Source of the DNA: Crocinitomicaceae bacterium
Lineage (GTDB): Bacteria > Bacteroidota > Bacteroidia > Flavobacteriales_D > Crocinitomicaceae
Direction of reading: 5' to 3'
Length of the DNA stretch: 24,229 nucleotides
Assembly: GCA_041596415.1 (NCBI GenBank)
Contig: JBFHIN010000001.1
Coordinates: forward strand, 1 to 24,229
The notes under the pieces were generated by a model. The model saw only the letters and a list, made by a program, of their open reading frames with translations. It had not been told where the DNA came from and did not search any database. A program made the position numbers and the translations under genes. This document shows positions 15,159 to 23,192 of the stretch, piece by piece; position 1 is the first letter of the stretch; every line of letters starts with the position of its first letter.

Positions 15159-17393
15159 TTAATATCGGACTTGAATACCAAGTCCCCATCCCATGTCACT
15201 GTCATAATGTGTTCGTATTCCAAAGTTCTTTGTCAAAATGTACGATAAACCAAACATATATTCCATATCCGTATTCCACATAAATTCGCCTCTAATCCTT
15301 TTTGATAGTGGAATATCTTCCCTTGATAATTGTAGTCGAACATAACCCTGGCTATATAATTCTGTGCGGAAATTTATGAGCATTGGTAGGGTATAATTGA
15401 ATCCTATGCTAACATAAGTACGGTTATCTTTTGTATTGTATTGCCCAAATAGATTCGTTTCCTTATAATTTTTACCATCTTCACGACTGCGCCAATCAAA
15501 TCCAATGAAAGGCTTAAACCATTGCATTTTACCGATGTAACGTCCCAAATGGGTTTCACTTTCATAGCCTGAAGATATATCTTGTCCAATACGCCAATCT
15601 GTTCCAAGAGCCCAGCGTGTGTTTTGAAATGCCATTTCACCATCCATACCGTTGGTAGCCAAGTCGTTTTTAAACATAAAACGTACAGGATCACTTTCAT
15701 TTTGTAACTTTTTGTAGAATTTCTTTGGATTGGTAATATTAACATTGGAAGGTGAATCTGCATAGGAAAATACCCTGTTCATTCCGGCCATCATGTGATA
15801 AAGTATGTGACAATGAAAAAACCAATCTCCCTCAGCATTGGCAAGGAATTCAATTGTGTCACTTTCCATAGGCATAATATCCAGCACATTTTTTAGTGGC
15901 GAATGACTTTTCTGGCTATTCAGTATTCTGAAATCGTGACCATGTAAGTGCATGGGGTGGCGCATCATTGAATTGTTGAAGATAACGATGCTAACAATTT
16001 CGTCTTTCTGGATAAGGATTTTATCAGTTTCCTTGAGAATTTTGTTGTCCATGCTCCAAACGTATCTATCCATGTTTCCCGTCAATTCGAATTTGAGGTA
16101 CTTAATCTTAGCGTTTGAAGGAAGTTCAGTGTTTTTTGGAGCTCTGAGACTATCATAACTAAGCGTTTTTATGCGAGAAGTCATTTCGTGCACTTTATGA
16201 TTGTGTTCGTGTGAAGTTTGCTTCTCTTTCGCTGATGTTTTAAGTTCTGGATACATTACACGATTCATATCCATTTTCTGATTTTGCATCGGCATACCTT
16301 TATTGACAAGATTCCCATCCATGCGCATCATGTTATTCATCATTTTCATTCCCTCGAAATATTGCAAAGGAGGAAGAGGCATGGCCAATTGTTTGGGACC
16401 TGCTCCAAAATACGCAGCTGCACTTCCCTGCCTGTCTTCAGATGTAAATAACAATTCGTAAGCAGCCGTTGAAGATGGAATGGTGACAATGATGTCGTAG
16501 GTTTCAGAAACGCCAATGATCAGTCGATCAACCTCTATCGGTTCTATGTCATTACCATCACTAGCTACAACCATGATCTTGCCTCCTGCATAAGTGATCC
16601 AGAAATAAGAAGAAGCTCCAGCGTTGGCAATTCTCAATCTGACTTTGTCGCCGGCCTTAAATTGAGAAAAATCTACTGATGGTTTACCGTTAACCAAAAA
16701 CTGATCGTAGAAAACATCACTGACATCCATGGCGTTCATCCTCTTCCACTCATTGATAATTTTCGTAAACAAGTGACCTGAAGTAATAGCTTCGGCATAA
16801 CTTTGAGTAGAATTCTTCTTTATGGCAAAGTAGTCGTTAGCATTATGCAGCAATCGATCGATCCTTTCCGGTTTAATGTTCGACCAGTCGCTTAATATGA
16901 GCGGTAGTTGAGGGATGTCGTCGATACCTCTTCGAAAAGTTGGATCATCGGATTTCTTTTTAAGAACCAAAGAACCATACATACCTATTTGCTCTTGAAA
17001 TCCAAAATGACTGTGGTACCAATGCGTTCCGTTTTGTTTAATAGGAAAACGATAAATATATTTCGATTGAATCGGAATAGGTTGTTGCGTTAAAAAAGGG
17101 ACACCATCTTCAGTGTTGGGGACAAATAAACCATGCCAATGTAAGGAGGTTGGTTCTTTCAAATTATTGTGTATTACGATCTCTGCTGTATCACCCTCTT
17201 CAAAGTATAGATCAGGTAGAGGAAATTGATTATTACCACTTATGGCGTGAACATTTTTACCGGCTACCTGGATTATGGTGTCTCTGAGGTCAATTTCATA
17301 ATGAACAATTTTTTGAGCAAAAAGAGTCAGACAAGGGCAAATGACCATATTAAACAGCCATAAAAGAAAAAATATTTTGTATTGACTTTTCAT
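15159..17393 (-). CDS. Multicopper oxidase (CopA/CueO-like) with a C-terminal beta-barrel-like domain
   Basis: All four copper motifs present: HWHG, WYHSH, HPMHLHGH, HCHILYHMMAGM. Also a signal peptide, a Met/His-rich insert and an amphipathic C-terminus ending in Tyr. Confidence 0.93.
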   Translation of the reverse strand: MKSQYKIFFLLWLFNMVICPCLTLFAQKIVHYEIDLRDTIIQVAGKNVHAISGNNQFPLPDLYFEEGDTAEIVIHNNLKEPTSLHWHGLFVPNTEDGVPFLTQQPIPIQSKYIYRFPIKQNGTHWYHSHFGFQEQIGMYGSLVLKKKSDDPTFRRGIDDIPQLPLILSDWSNIKPERIDRLLHNANDYFAIKKNSTQSYAEAITSGHLFTKIINEWKRMNAMDVSDVFYDQFLVNGKPSVDFSQFKAGDKVRLRIANAGASSYFWITYAGGKIMVVASDGNDIEPIEVDRLIIGVSETYDIIVTIPSSTAAYELLFTSEDRQGSAAAYFGAGPKQLAMPLPPLQYFEGMKMMNNMMRMDGNLVNKGMPMQNQKMDMNRVMYPELKTSAKEKQTSHEHNHKVHEMTSRIKTLSYDSLRAPKNTELPSNAKIKYLKFELTGNMDRYVWSMDNKILKETDKILIQKDEIVSIVIFNNSMMRHPMHLHGHDFRILNSQKSHSPLKNVLDIMPMESDTIEFLANAEGDWFFHCHILYHMMAGMNRVFSYADSPSNVNITNPKKFYKKLQNESDPVRFMFKNDLATNGMDGEMAFQNTRWALGTDWRIGQDISSGYESETHLGRYIGKMQWFKPFIGFDWRSREDGKNYKETNLFGQYNTKDNRTYVSIGFNYTLPMLINFRTELYSQGYVRLQLSREDIPLSKRIRGEFMWNTDMEYMFGLSYILTKNFGIRTHYDSDMGWGLGIQVRY

Positions 17394-17439
17394 AAAGTAC
17401 TCAATTGCTATTGAAGAATCGAGAAAGGTTTAATAGGAA

Positions 17440-17856
17440 TCACCTTTCGTGATTGTGCTCCATTTTCCTATCATGTTCCAAATGCATTTTATTTTTTCTG
17501 AGGTATTTGCAGCAATCAGGCAAGTTTTCATATGCTTCAGTTGGTGCCAAGAATAACTCATTATCAAATCCAGAAAGGGCAATTCGCTTTAAAATGTTTG
17601 TGCAAGAAGTTTTTAATGAATCGTATTCAATAGTTGCAACTTTAGTGTCTGTATCCCATGAAAGTGATACTTCTCTTTTTTTTGACCCAGCAGACTCTAT
17701 GAGAAATTTACAGTCGGTACAATTACCTTCAATTCGTATGTTTTCAAGTTTACTATTCTTAATTTTTTGACATATTGCTTCCTGTTGTAGAGAAACAACA
17801 GTAAAAAACAATAGAAATAAATTAATACGAGAGCCTGACATAAATAGTGGTTTCAT
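17440..17856 (-). CDS. Exported heavy-metal-associated (HMA) domain protein
   Basis: Signal peptide, GNCTDCK (CxxC), WDTDTKVATIEYD, AYENLPDCCKY and a His-rich tail. Confidence 0.88.
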   Translation of the reverse strand: MKPLFMSGSRINLFLLFFTVVSLQQEAICQKIKNSKLENIRIEGNCTDCKFLIESAGSKKREVSLSWDTDTKVATIEYDSLKTSCTNILKRIALSGFDNELFLAPTEAYENLPDCCKYLRKNKMHLEHDRKMEHNHER

Positions 17857-17942
17857 TTATCGCTAATTCCAGCAATGATTGTTCTTTTAAGTTACATACT
17901 TATTTACTGAAATCAAAAAATGTAGTTAAGATTTGTTCAAAG

Positions 17943-17974
17943 AAAAAAGGTGAATATTTATTATTCACCTTTTT
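17943..17974 (-). terminator. Intrinsic terminator of 17997..18653
   Basis: 13-bp inverted repeat AAAAAGGTGAATA/TATTCACCTTTTT with a 5-nt loop, 22 nt past the stop codon. Confidence 0.8.
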
Positions 17975-17996
17975 CAATTTAATTAGGACGTTAATT

Positions 17997-18653
17997 TTAC
18001 ATTGCCATTACTTTCTTTGTTGAATTAAATTCTCTTCTAGCCGTGAAATATTGGATATAAAAATGCGGATGGTAATTCTTGAATAAGCTAACCATTTGGT
18101 CCATTTTTACATTTAGATTGTCTTCCATATTTTGAATTATTTTTTCAATAAATTCAGGGTTCACATCGATATTTACATTTTCAGTTTGATGCGTGAAATC
18201 GGATCTGATTTGGTCAATACCGATAATAGTATATTCAATTGCTTTTTCATCTAAACCATAAAAGCTAAGTTCTTCGTTATATTTTAATAAATCTGCTTTT
18301 AAGGTGGTAAGGTGAACGAAAAGTTGTTTTTCGTCAAGAGCAAGAAACTCGTTGAAATCGACCTTATTCCTGAAACTAAGTTCAAGTAATCCATTATCTA
18401 AGCCGAACTTCTCTAGTCCAGCATGTATTAGCAATAACTGATGAACAAAATCTTTCCTTTTAATTATGGTTTTAGGAGAATATTGGGAAACATCTGCAGT
18501 TTTCCCAACTTTTTCTAATTCAAACAATTCCGATTCAAACTCTTGAAATGCACCTTTAAAACCTGGCATATATCTCCAGCTGTTTTTATGCTTTCTACAA
18601 ATGTTTTGAACCGTATTGAACATGTGGATCTTTTTGGCAACCTTCTTTTTCAT
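17997..18653 (-). CDS. Hypothetical all-helical Bacteroidota protein
   Basis: 218-aa ORF. MFNTV...W...PGF N-terminus and FKNYHPHFYIQYFTAR C-terminus resemble an uncharacterised Bacteroidota family. Confidence 0.8.
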   Translation of the reverse strand: MKKKVAKKIHMFNTVQNICRKHKNSWRYMPGFKGAFQEFESELFELEKVGKTADVSQYSPKTIIKRKDFVHQLLLIHAGLEKFGLDNGLLELSFRNKVDFNEFLALDEKQLFVHLTTLKADLLKYNEELSFYGLDEKAIEYTIIGIDQIRSDFTHQTENVNIDVNPEFIEKIIQNMEDNLNVKMDQMVSLFKNYHPHFYIQYFTARREFNSTKKVMAM

Positions 18654-18737
18654 GACGTGTGTTTTCTGTTTGAAATATTTTAAATAGTGTGTATTACTTA
18701 CAACTCATTGTTTGTTAATAGGTTACATTGTTTTACA

Positions 18738-18753
18738 AGTAAAAGTCGTGCCA
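18738..18753 (-). promoter_or_regulatory. Candidate sigma-54 (-24/-12) promoter for 17997..18653
   Basis: Minus strand TGGCACG-ACTT-TTACT against the consensus TGGCACG-N4-TTGCW. Spacing is exact, with one mismatch in the -12 element. Confidence 0.55.
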
Positions 18754-18825
18754 AACCAATTTATTAAATGTTAAGTTTCGTTAAGGCAAGAAGTACGTTC
18801 TGATGTTCCATGTAAAATGTTTTAA

Positions 18826-19563
18826 TTAAAATTCATGGAAATAACCCATCTGCAATCCGAAATTATATAAATAGCCTCGAATAGGATTGTCATAGACCGG
18901 GCGCAACATCTGTGAGTATCTTGGTTCAAAACGGATATAATTGTTTGTATTCATTTTAAGATCAATGGGTAAGCTAATCAACAGGGAAGGACTAAAAATA
19001 AATGCAGCGCTTTCGTTTGCATAAACAGGAACAAAATCTTTCGAGTTTTCCGTTTCATCAGGACCAATAACTGTATTGTAGAAAGAGGTAAAAGTTAACA
19101 TATCCAGGGACAGGCCTGCACTTATTCCGAATTGTAAACTTGATTTCTTGATGAATTTATAACTCAATTGAAGAGGAATTCCAAAATAGTGATAACGATC
19201 TCTAAAAATGAAAGAAATACGCTGACCTTCCGGAGTTGAACTAGTAGGTGGGTAGGTCACTTCACTTTTCGAACGATAACCTCTTTGAAGATAATGGAAC
19301 CCTGTTCTTAAAGATAATTTTTCATCTAAGATATATTCAAAAATGAGTCCTGTGGAAAAAAGTGCTGATGCTGTTTCAATACTGTCGCGTTGCCTGAGAA
19401 TTTCTTTTGTCAAAAGTGAATTATCATCCGAGCGCAATTGACGATATGAAATTTCAGGAGAAATATATGCTCCGATATTCCACGTGGCGCCCATTTCATC
19501 CTGTGCATTTACTCCGAATGATAGGGAAACAATCAGAAAGTACTTTAAGTAGTTTATTATCAT
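18826..19563 (-). CDS. Outer-membrane beta-barrel (porin-like) protein
   Basis: Signal peptide (VNA|Q), amphipathic strands, YHYFGIPLQLSYKF and a terminal Phe. Confidence 0.85.
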   Translation of the reverse strand: MIINYLKYFLIVSLSFGVNAQDEMGATWNIGAYISPEISYRQLRSDDNSLLTKEILRQRDSIETASALFSTGLIFEYILDEKLSLRTGFHYLQRGYRSKSEVTYPPTSSTPEGQRISFIFRDRYHYFGIPLQLSYKFIKKSSLQFGISAGLSLDMLTFTSFYNTVIGPDETENSKDFVPVYANESAAFIFSPSLLISLPIDLKMNTNNYIRFEPRYSQMLRPVYDNPIRGYLYNFGLQMGYFHEF

Positions 19564-19642
19564 AAATGATTAAATAGTTTCAATTAGTCAGCGATCTTAA
19601 CAGTTCTTGAATTTACAAAGAAAAGCATATGCATATGGAAGT

Positions 19643-20221
19643 TTAGAAGCTTAGCCCAAAGGAAAACCCGATTGGGATATAATAGATAAGATTATTTTTT
19701 ATTGGAACGGTGTTTCGAGCATAAAGCTGTGTCTCATTTGCTGCTTTACTACCTATAGAAGTTGGATAATATCCATACAGATTAAAATGCATCATTGGTT
19801 TTACAGATGGATGATATCGTAGTCCAAAAACAGGATAGATAGTATAACCTTGTTGATCAATATTATTTGCAAAAAAAGCAGTTCCGCCTAATCCAATTTC
19901 TACAAAAATGGACTTATGCTGACTCAAATAAGAAATTCCGTGCGTAAAAGTTGTGTATGTAACATTTGAGTTACATAATCCGTCGTTGCAATAATCCAGT
20001 GCTTCAGCATACCCTGCTCCAATACGTGCCGTTACCAAATTGTCTCCTGAAATTGGATGCAGACGTTCGTAACGCACGGAGAACATACAAAGATCTCCTA
20101 ACAGATTAACGCTTAAATTATTTAAAGGGACAACCGATTTAGAGGGTTTTTCGGAGTTTACAGCTTGACTATAAACACCAACTGTGATGAATAGGAGAGC
20201 TATCGATAGGTAATTTTTCAT
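19643..20221 (-). CDS. Putative small outer-membrane beta-barrel protein
   Basis: Signal peptide (VYS|Q), amphipathic strands and C-terminal GFSFGLSF. Confidence 0.75.
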   Translation of the reverse strand: MKNYLSIALLFITVGVYSQAVNSEKPSKSVVPLNNLSVNLLGDLCMFSVRYERLHPISGDNLVTARIGAGYAEALDYCNDGLCNSNVTYTTFTHGISYLSQHKSIFVEIGLGGTAFFANNIDQQGYTIYPVFGLRYHPSVKPMMHFNLYGYYPTSIGSKAANETQLYARNTVPIKNNLIYYIPIGFSFGLSF

Positions 20222-20281
20222 AAGTGTTTTTTAATTGTCAGTTTTTTTCGAATAGTTTATAAGCGGCTCTATCAGATTTAT

Positions 20282-20746
20282 TTACTCCAGATTACTAAGT
20301 ATTTCTTTCGCCTTATCAATCTCTTCTTGCGCGCCTTTGACTATAAGTAAATATCGACCTGAACTCAAATGGGATTCATAGTTCACAGCCTTATCTTCTT
20401 TGATACCAATTGTTTTCAATAGAGAAACTAATCCTCCTCCAACTAATCCAAAATCGAATCCCGCGATTGCTCCTACCACAGCACCAGCTCCATACATGAA
20501 ACCTAAGCCTGGAATGGCAAACAAGCCTATCCCAGATAAAAGTCCGACTGTCGTGCCAATGCCCACACCAATTAAGGCAGGATCATTTTTTATTTTGTCT
20601 AGCGGTTGGGTTTCTATTTGGTCTTCAATTATTTCTATTTTTCCAACAATGGAAACATTCTTTAGTGGAAACGAAAAACGCTCCAAAACCTTGACAGCTT
20701 CAAGTGCCTCGTCATGTGTGTTATAAATTGCGACAGTGGATTCCAT
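20282..20746 (-). CDS. General stress protein 17M/YflT-like protein with a Gly-zipper; likely start 20746
   Basis: VAIYNTHDEALEAV...NVSIVGK, a Gly-rich hydrophobic segment (AIPGLG) and YESHLSSGRYLLIV. Confidence 0.8.
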   Translation of the reverse strand: MESTVAIYNTHDEALEAVKVLERFSFPLKNVSIVGKIEIIEDQIETQPLDKIKNDPALIGVGIGTTVGLLSGIGLFAIPGLGFMYGAGAVVGAIAGFDFGLVGGGLVSLLKTIGIKEDKAVNYESHLSSGRYLLIVKGAQEEIDKAKEILSNLE

Positions 20747-21103
20747 TTTATTTAATTTTATTAGAAAGACATACCCTCTCACTTAAAAAGTAAAGCTTAC
20801 TTTAATAAAGTACTAAATCCTCAACTACTGAATTGTTCTTTTTCTACAAAGGATATATTTTTTTCAGCCAAATGAGGAATAAAGGCGAATACAATGCAAT
20901 TGTATCTGTATATTTTAGATAATATCTGTATAGATGAGGATTGAAAAAAAGGTATGCCCTATTTTCTAACGTTTTTATTTCTAAACAAAAAGTTGTCACT
21001 ATGAATACGGCTTTTTAAATAAAAAGTATCTAATTAGTGCTGAATCATTTTAGACGAGAAATAAAAAGAATTTGTATTTTGAAGCCTTTAAAAACAACAA
21101 AAT

Positions 21104-21457
21104 ATGAGGTCTTTACTATACATTACATTCATTTTCTCAGTTATTATCTTTACACTCAGTGCTTTTAAAGCAAATCAAAATTGTGTAAACATAGAAATCG
21201 AGTATCCAAAGGTATTGGAGGATTCTCTTAAAGTCGATAAACGATACGACTTGAAATTAGTGAGCTATGAAAATAAGCTAAAAGTTATCAAGGAAGTTAG
21301 ACTTATAACAGGGTGGGGATTAACAGAATGTAAAACTAAAGTAGATCAAGCTCCGGTAATAATACTGAAGAATCTTGAAGGTGAGCGAGCTGCGGCATTA
21401 AAGTTACAATTTGAATCAGCCAGCGCAACAGTTGAGGCTATTGAGATAACCGAATAA
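21104..21457 (+). CDS. Ribosomal protein L7/L12 C-terminal-domain protein with an N-terminal signal/anchor; not rplL
   Basis: KLKVIKEVRLITGWGLTECKTKVDQAP...LKLQFESASATVE aligns with the L7/L12 CTD. The N-terminus is a hydrophobic signal. Confidence 0.85.
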   Translation: MRSLLYITFIFSVIIFTLSAFKANQNCVNIEIEYPKVLEDSLKVDKRYDLKLVSYENKLKVIKEVRLITGWGLTECKTKVDQAPVIILKNLEGERAAALKLQFESASATVEAIEITE

Positions 21458-21501
21458 AAAATTTCTAGCAAGGATATAAAAGAAGTAAGTTTTTAATAAT
21501 A

Positions 21502-22170
21502 TCAATTTACCTCTAAATTGTCCTTAATGCAAATTTTCGTGAACACACATTTTTCTGGAATTTGGCAATGTTGACCCATTTGTGTTTTTGGTGCTGAGCC
21601 ATTCTCATGAATGTCTTTTATTACTGATTTCATATTTTTAACTTCCCATAAAAATGGTTCAATTGCCTCTTTTACTGAAATATGACTGAACTTGTTTTGT
21701 TCATCATGCATTACAAGAAAAAAGTTTACCTGATCTGAAAAAAGGTGATTAATCACATAATACTTAATGGACAATTTCCAAAGAAGCGCCTCCATATCAC
21801 TATCATAGCCATGTAAATCGTAAATACTAATCTCTCCTTTTTTATTTTTTTCGAATACATCAACACTTATTATGATTTCATCGAAGGAAAAACATGCATC
21901 GAAGAGAATGGACTCTTTACCTTCCTCGAAGGGAAAATTCAAATCGAAATTATCGGATTTAAAATGGCCTTCTCTTTGAGCTTTACCGATACCTCCCGGA
22001 AACCTTAAATTGAATAGTAGTTTTTGCGCCTTTCTTTGACGGGCATAAGTCGAGCATCTATCTTCGATGGGTAAACTAATCTTTTGTTCACTGTTCATTA
22101 AATACAACAGTTTAGCACATCGCCTCGCCGCAATAAAGTCATCGACAGTATAAAAAATATCCTGCACCAT
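21502..22170 (-). CDS. Degenerate PD-(D/E)XK / Cas4-like domain resembling the N-terminal half of DUF2779-containing proteins
   Basis: N-terminal RCAKLLYL, FPGG, ILFDACF...SVDVF...IYDLH and C-terminal GQHCQIPEKCVFTKIC. Confidence 0.65.
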   Translation of the reverse strand: MVQDIFYTVDDFIAARRCAKLLYLMNSEQKISLPIEDRCSTYARQRKAQKLLFNLRFPGGIGKAQREGHFKSDNFDLNFPFEEGKESILFDACFSFDEIIISVDVFEKNKKGEISIYDLHGYDSDMEALLWKLSIKYYVINHLFSDQVNFFLVMHDEQNKFSHISVKEAIEPFLWEVKNMKSVIKDIHENGSAPKTQMGQHCQIPEKCVFTKICIKDNLEVN

Positions 22171-22365
22171 AGGTTAAATTTTGTAAAAGGTAGGTTAGGC
22201 AATTAATTAACTTCAATCTTGTTCATGAAATAACTCCATGCCTAAACATATATCAATCGAAAAACAATAAGGTAAGTGAGAAAATAAAAAAAAAATATTC
22301 CGATAACCAACTTTAGATAAACGGTAAAATTATTAGTGATAAAAAAAAATGGCAAATTATTTGTT

Positions 22366-22373
22366 TACATTCG
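22366..22373 (+). promoter_or_regulatory. Near-consensus -7 element for the tail-collar gene
   Basis: TACATTCG (one mismatch to TAnnTTTG), about 22 nt before the ATG at 22396. Confidence 0.35.
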
Positions 22374-22395
22374 AATTCAAATAAAAATTAAACTT

Positions 22396-22974
22396 ATGAG
22401 ATCAAAAATTTTAATCGCTATTACAACTGTAATGATGTCCTTAGGACTAAACTCAATTTTCGCCCAATCACCAATGATGGGAGAAATAAGAATGTTTGCT
22501 GGTGACTATGCACCTAGGGGGTGGGCGTTCTGTGACGGGCAAATTTTATCCATTGCTGAACATCAAACTTTGTTTTCAATTATAGGATCAACCTATGGTG
22601 GAGATGGAGTTAAGACATTTGCTTTGCCAGATTTGAGAGGGCGTGCTCCAATTCATGAAGGTAAAGGTACGTCTGCAACAGCAACAAATCACACTTTGGG
22701 TGAAAAAGGAGGAGAGGAGTCTTTGGTGTTAACTACGCCTAATTTACCTGCCCACAATCATTCAGTTTCAGTTGTAGAAGACAAAGATAAAGCCGCTAAT
22801 CAGATGGCACGACCAACAGGTGAAAAGTCATTTGTCGTTGTAAACAAGAATACAAGTTCTACAACAACAACCACAGGTAATACAGGTAATGCTCAACCCG
22901 TTAAAATTATGCAACCTTATTTGACTATAAATTATATTATTGCGATAGAAGGTATCGAGACAGCGCGTAATTGA
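22396..22974 (+). CDS. Phage tail collar domain (microcystin-dependent MdpB-like) protein with a signal peptide; likely start 22396
   Basis: GEIRMFAGDYAPRGWAFCDGQIL, LFSIIGSTYGGDG, FALPDLRGR, QPYLTINYIIA. Signal peptide MRSKILIAITTVMMSLGLNSIFA|Q. Confidence 0.9.
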   Translation: MRSKILIAITTVMMSLGLNSIFAQSPMMGEIRMFAGDYAPRGWAFCDGQILSIAEHQTLFSIIGSTYGGDGVKTFALPDLRGRAPIHEGKGTSATATNHTLGEKGGEESLVLTTPNLPAHNHSVSVVEDKDKAANQMARPTGEKSFVVVNKNTSSTTTTTGNTGNAQPVKIMQPYLTINYIIAIEGIETARN

Positions 22975-22989
22975 TTTAATACTTCATTA

Positions 22990-23020
22990 AAAAAAGGCCC
23001 TTCATCGAAGGGCCTTTTTT
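22990..23020. terminator. Bidirectional intrinsic terminator
   Basis: AAAAAAGGCCCTTC-ATC-GAAGGGCCTTTTTT, a perfect 14-bp stem between convergent genes. Confidence 0.9.
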
Positions 23021-23192
23021 ATTTGTGTTAACAATTATTTATTACTATTGACATTGACTCAACTTTAAATGGCTTGAAGGCACAATAAGATGGGTTTGTC
23101 CAAATCAATTGGATCTGAATCAAAAGAACAGGCTAAAATGATTTAATCATTTTCATTCATCCATTTATCTTTTGTTAATTAGAACAACCTGT

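Noticed and set aside
20945-20962. GGGCATAC as a second sigma-54 site upstream of the stress gene (minus strand)
   Set aside because: The -24 element is imperfect and there is no -12 GC or AC at the required spacing.
21104-21457. Annotation as the ribosomal gene rplL
   Set aside because: It lacks the dimerisation NTD and Ala-rich hinge, has a signal peptide, and is outside the rplKAJL-rpoBC context.
21502-22974. CRISPR-Cas locus or prophage/tailocin suggested by the Cas4-like and tail-collar genes
   Set aside because: No repeat-spacer array, cas1/cas2, integrase, att site, or structural or lysis genes anywhere in the window.
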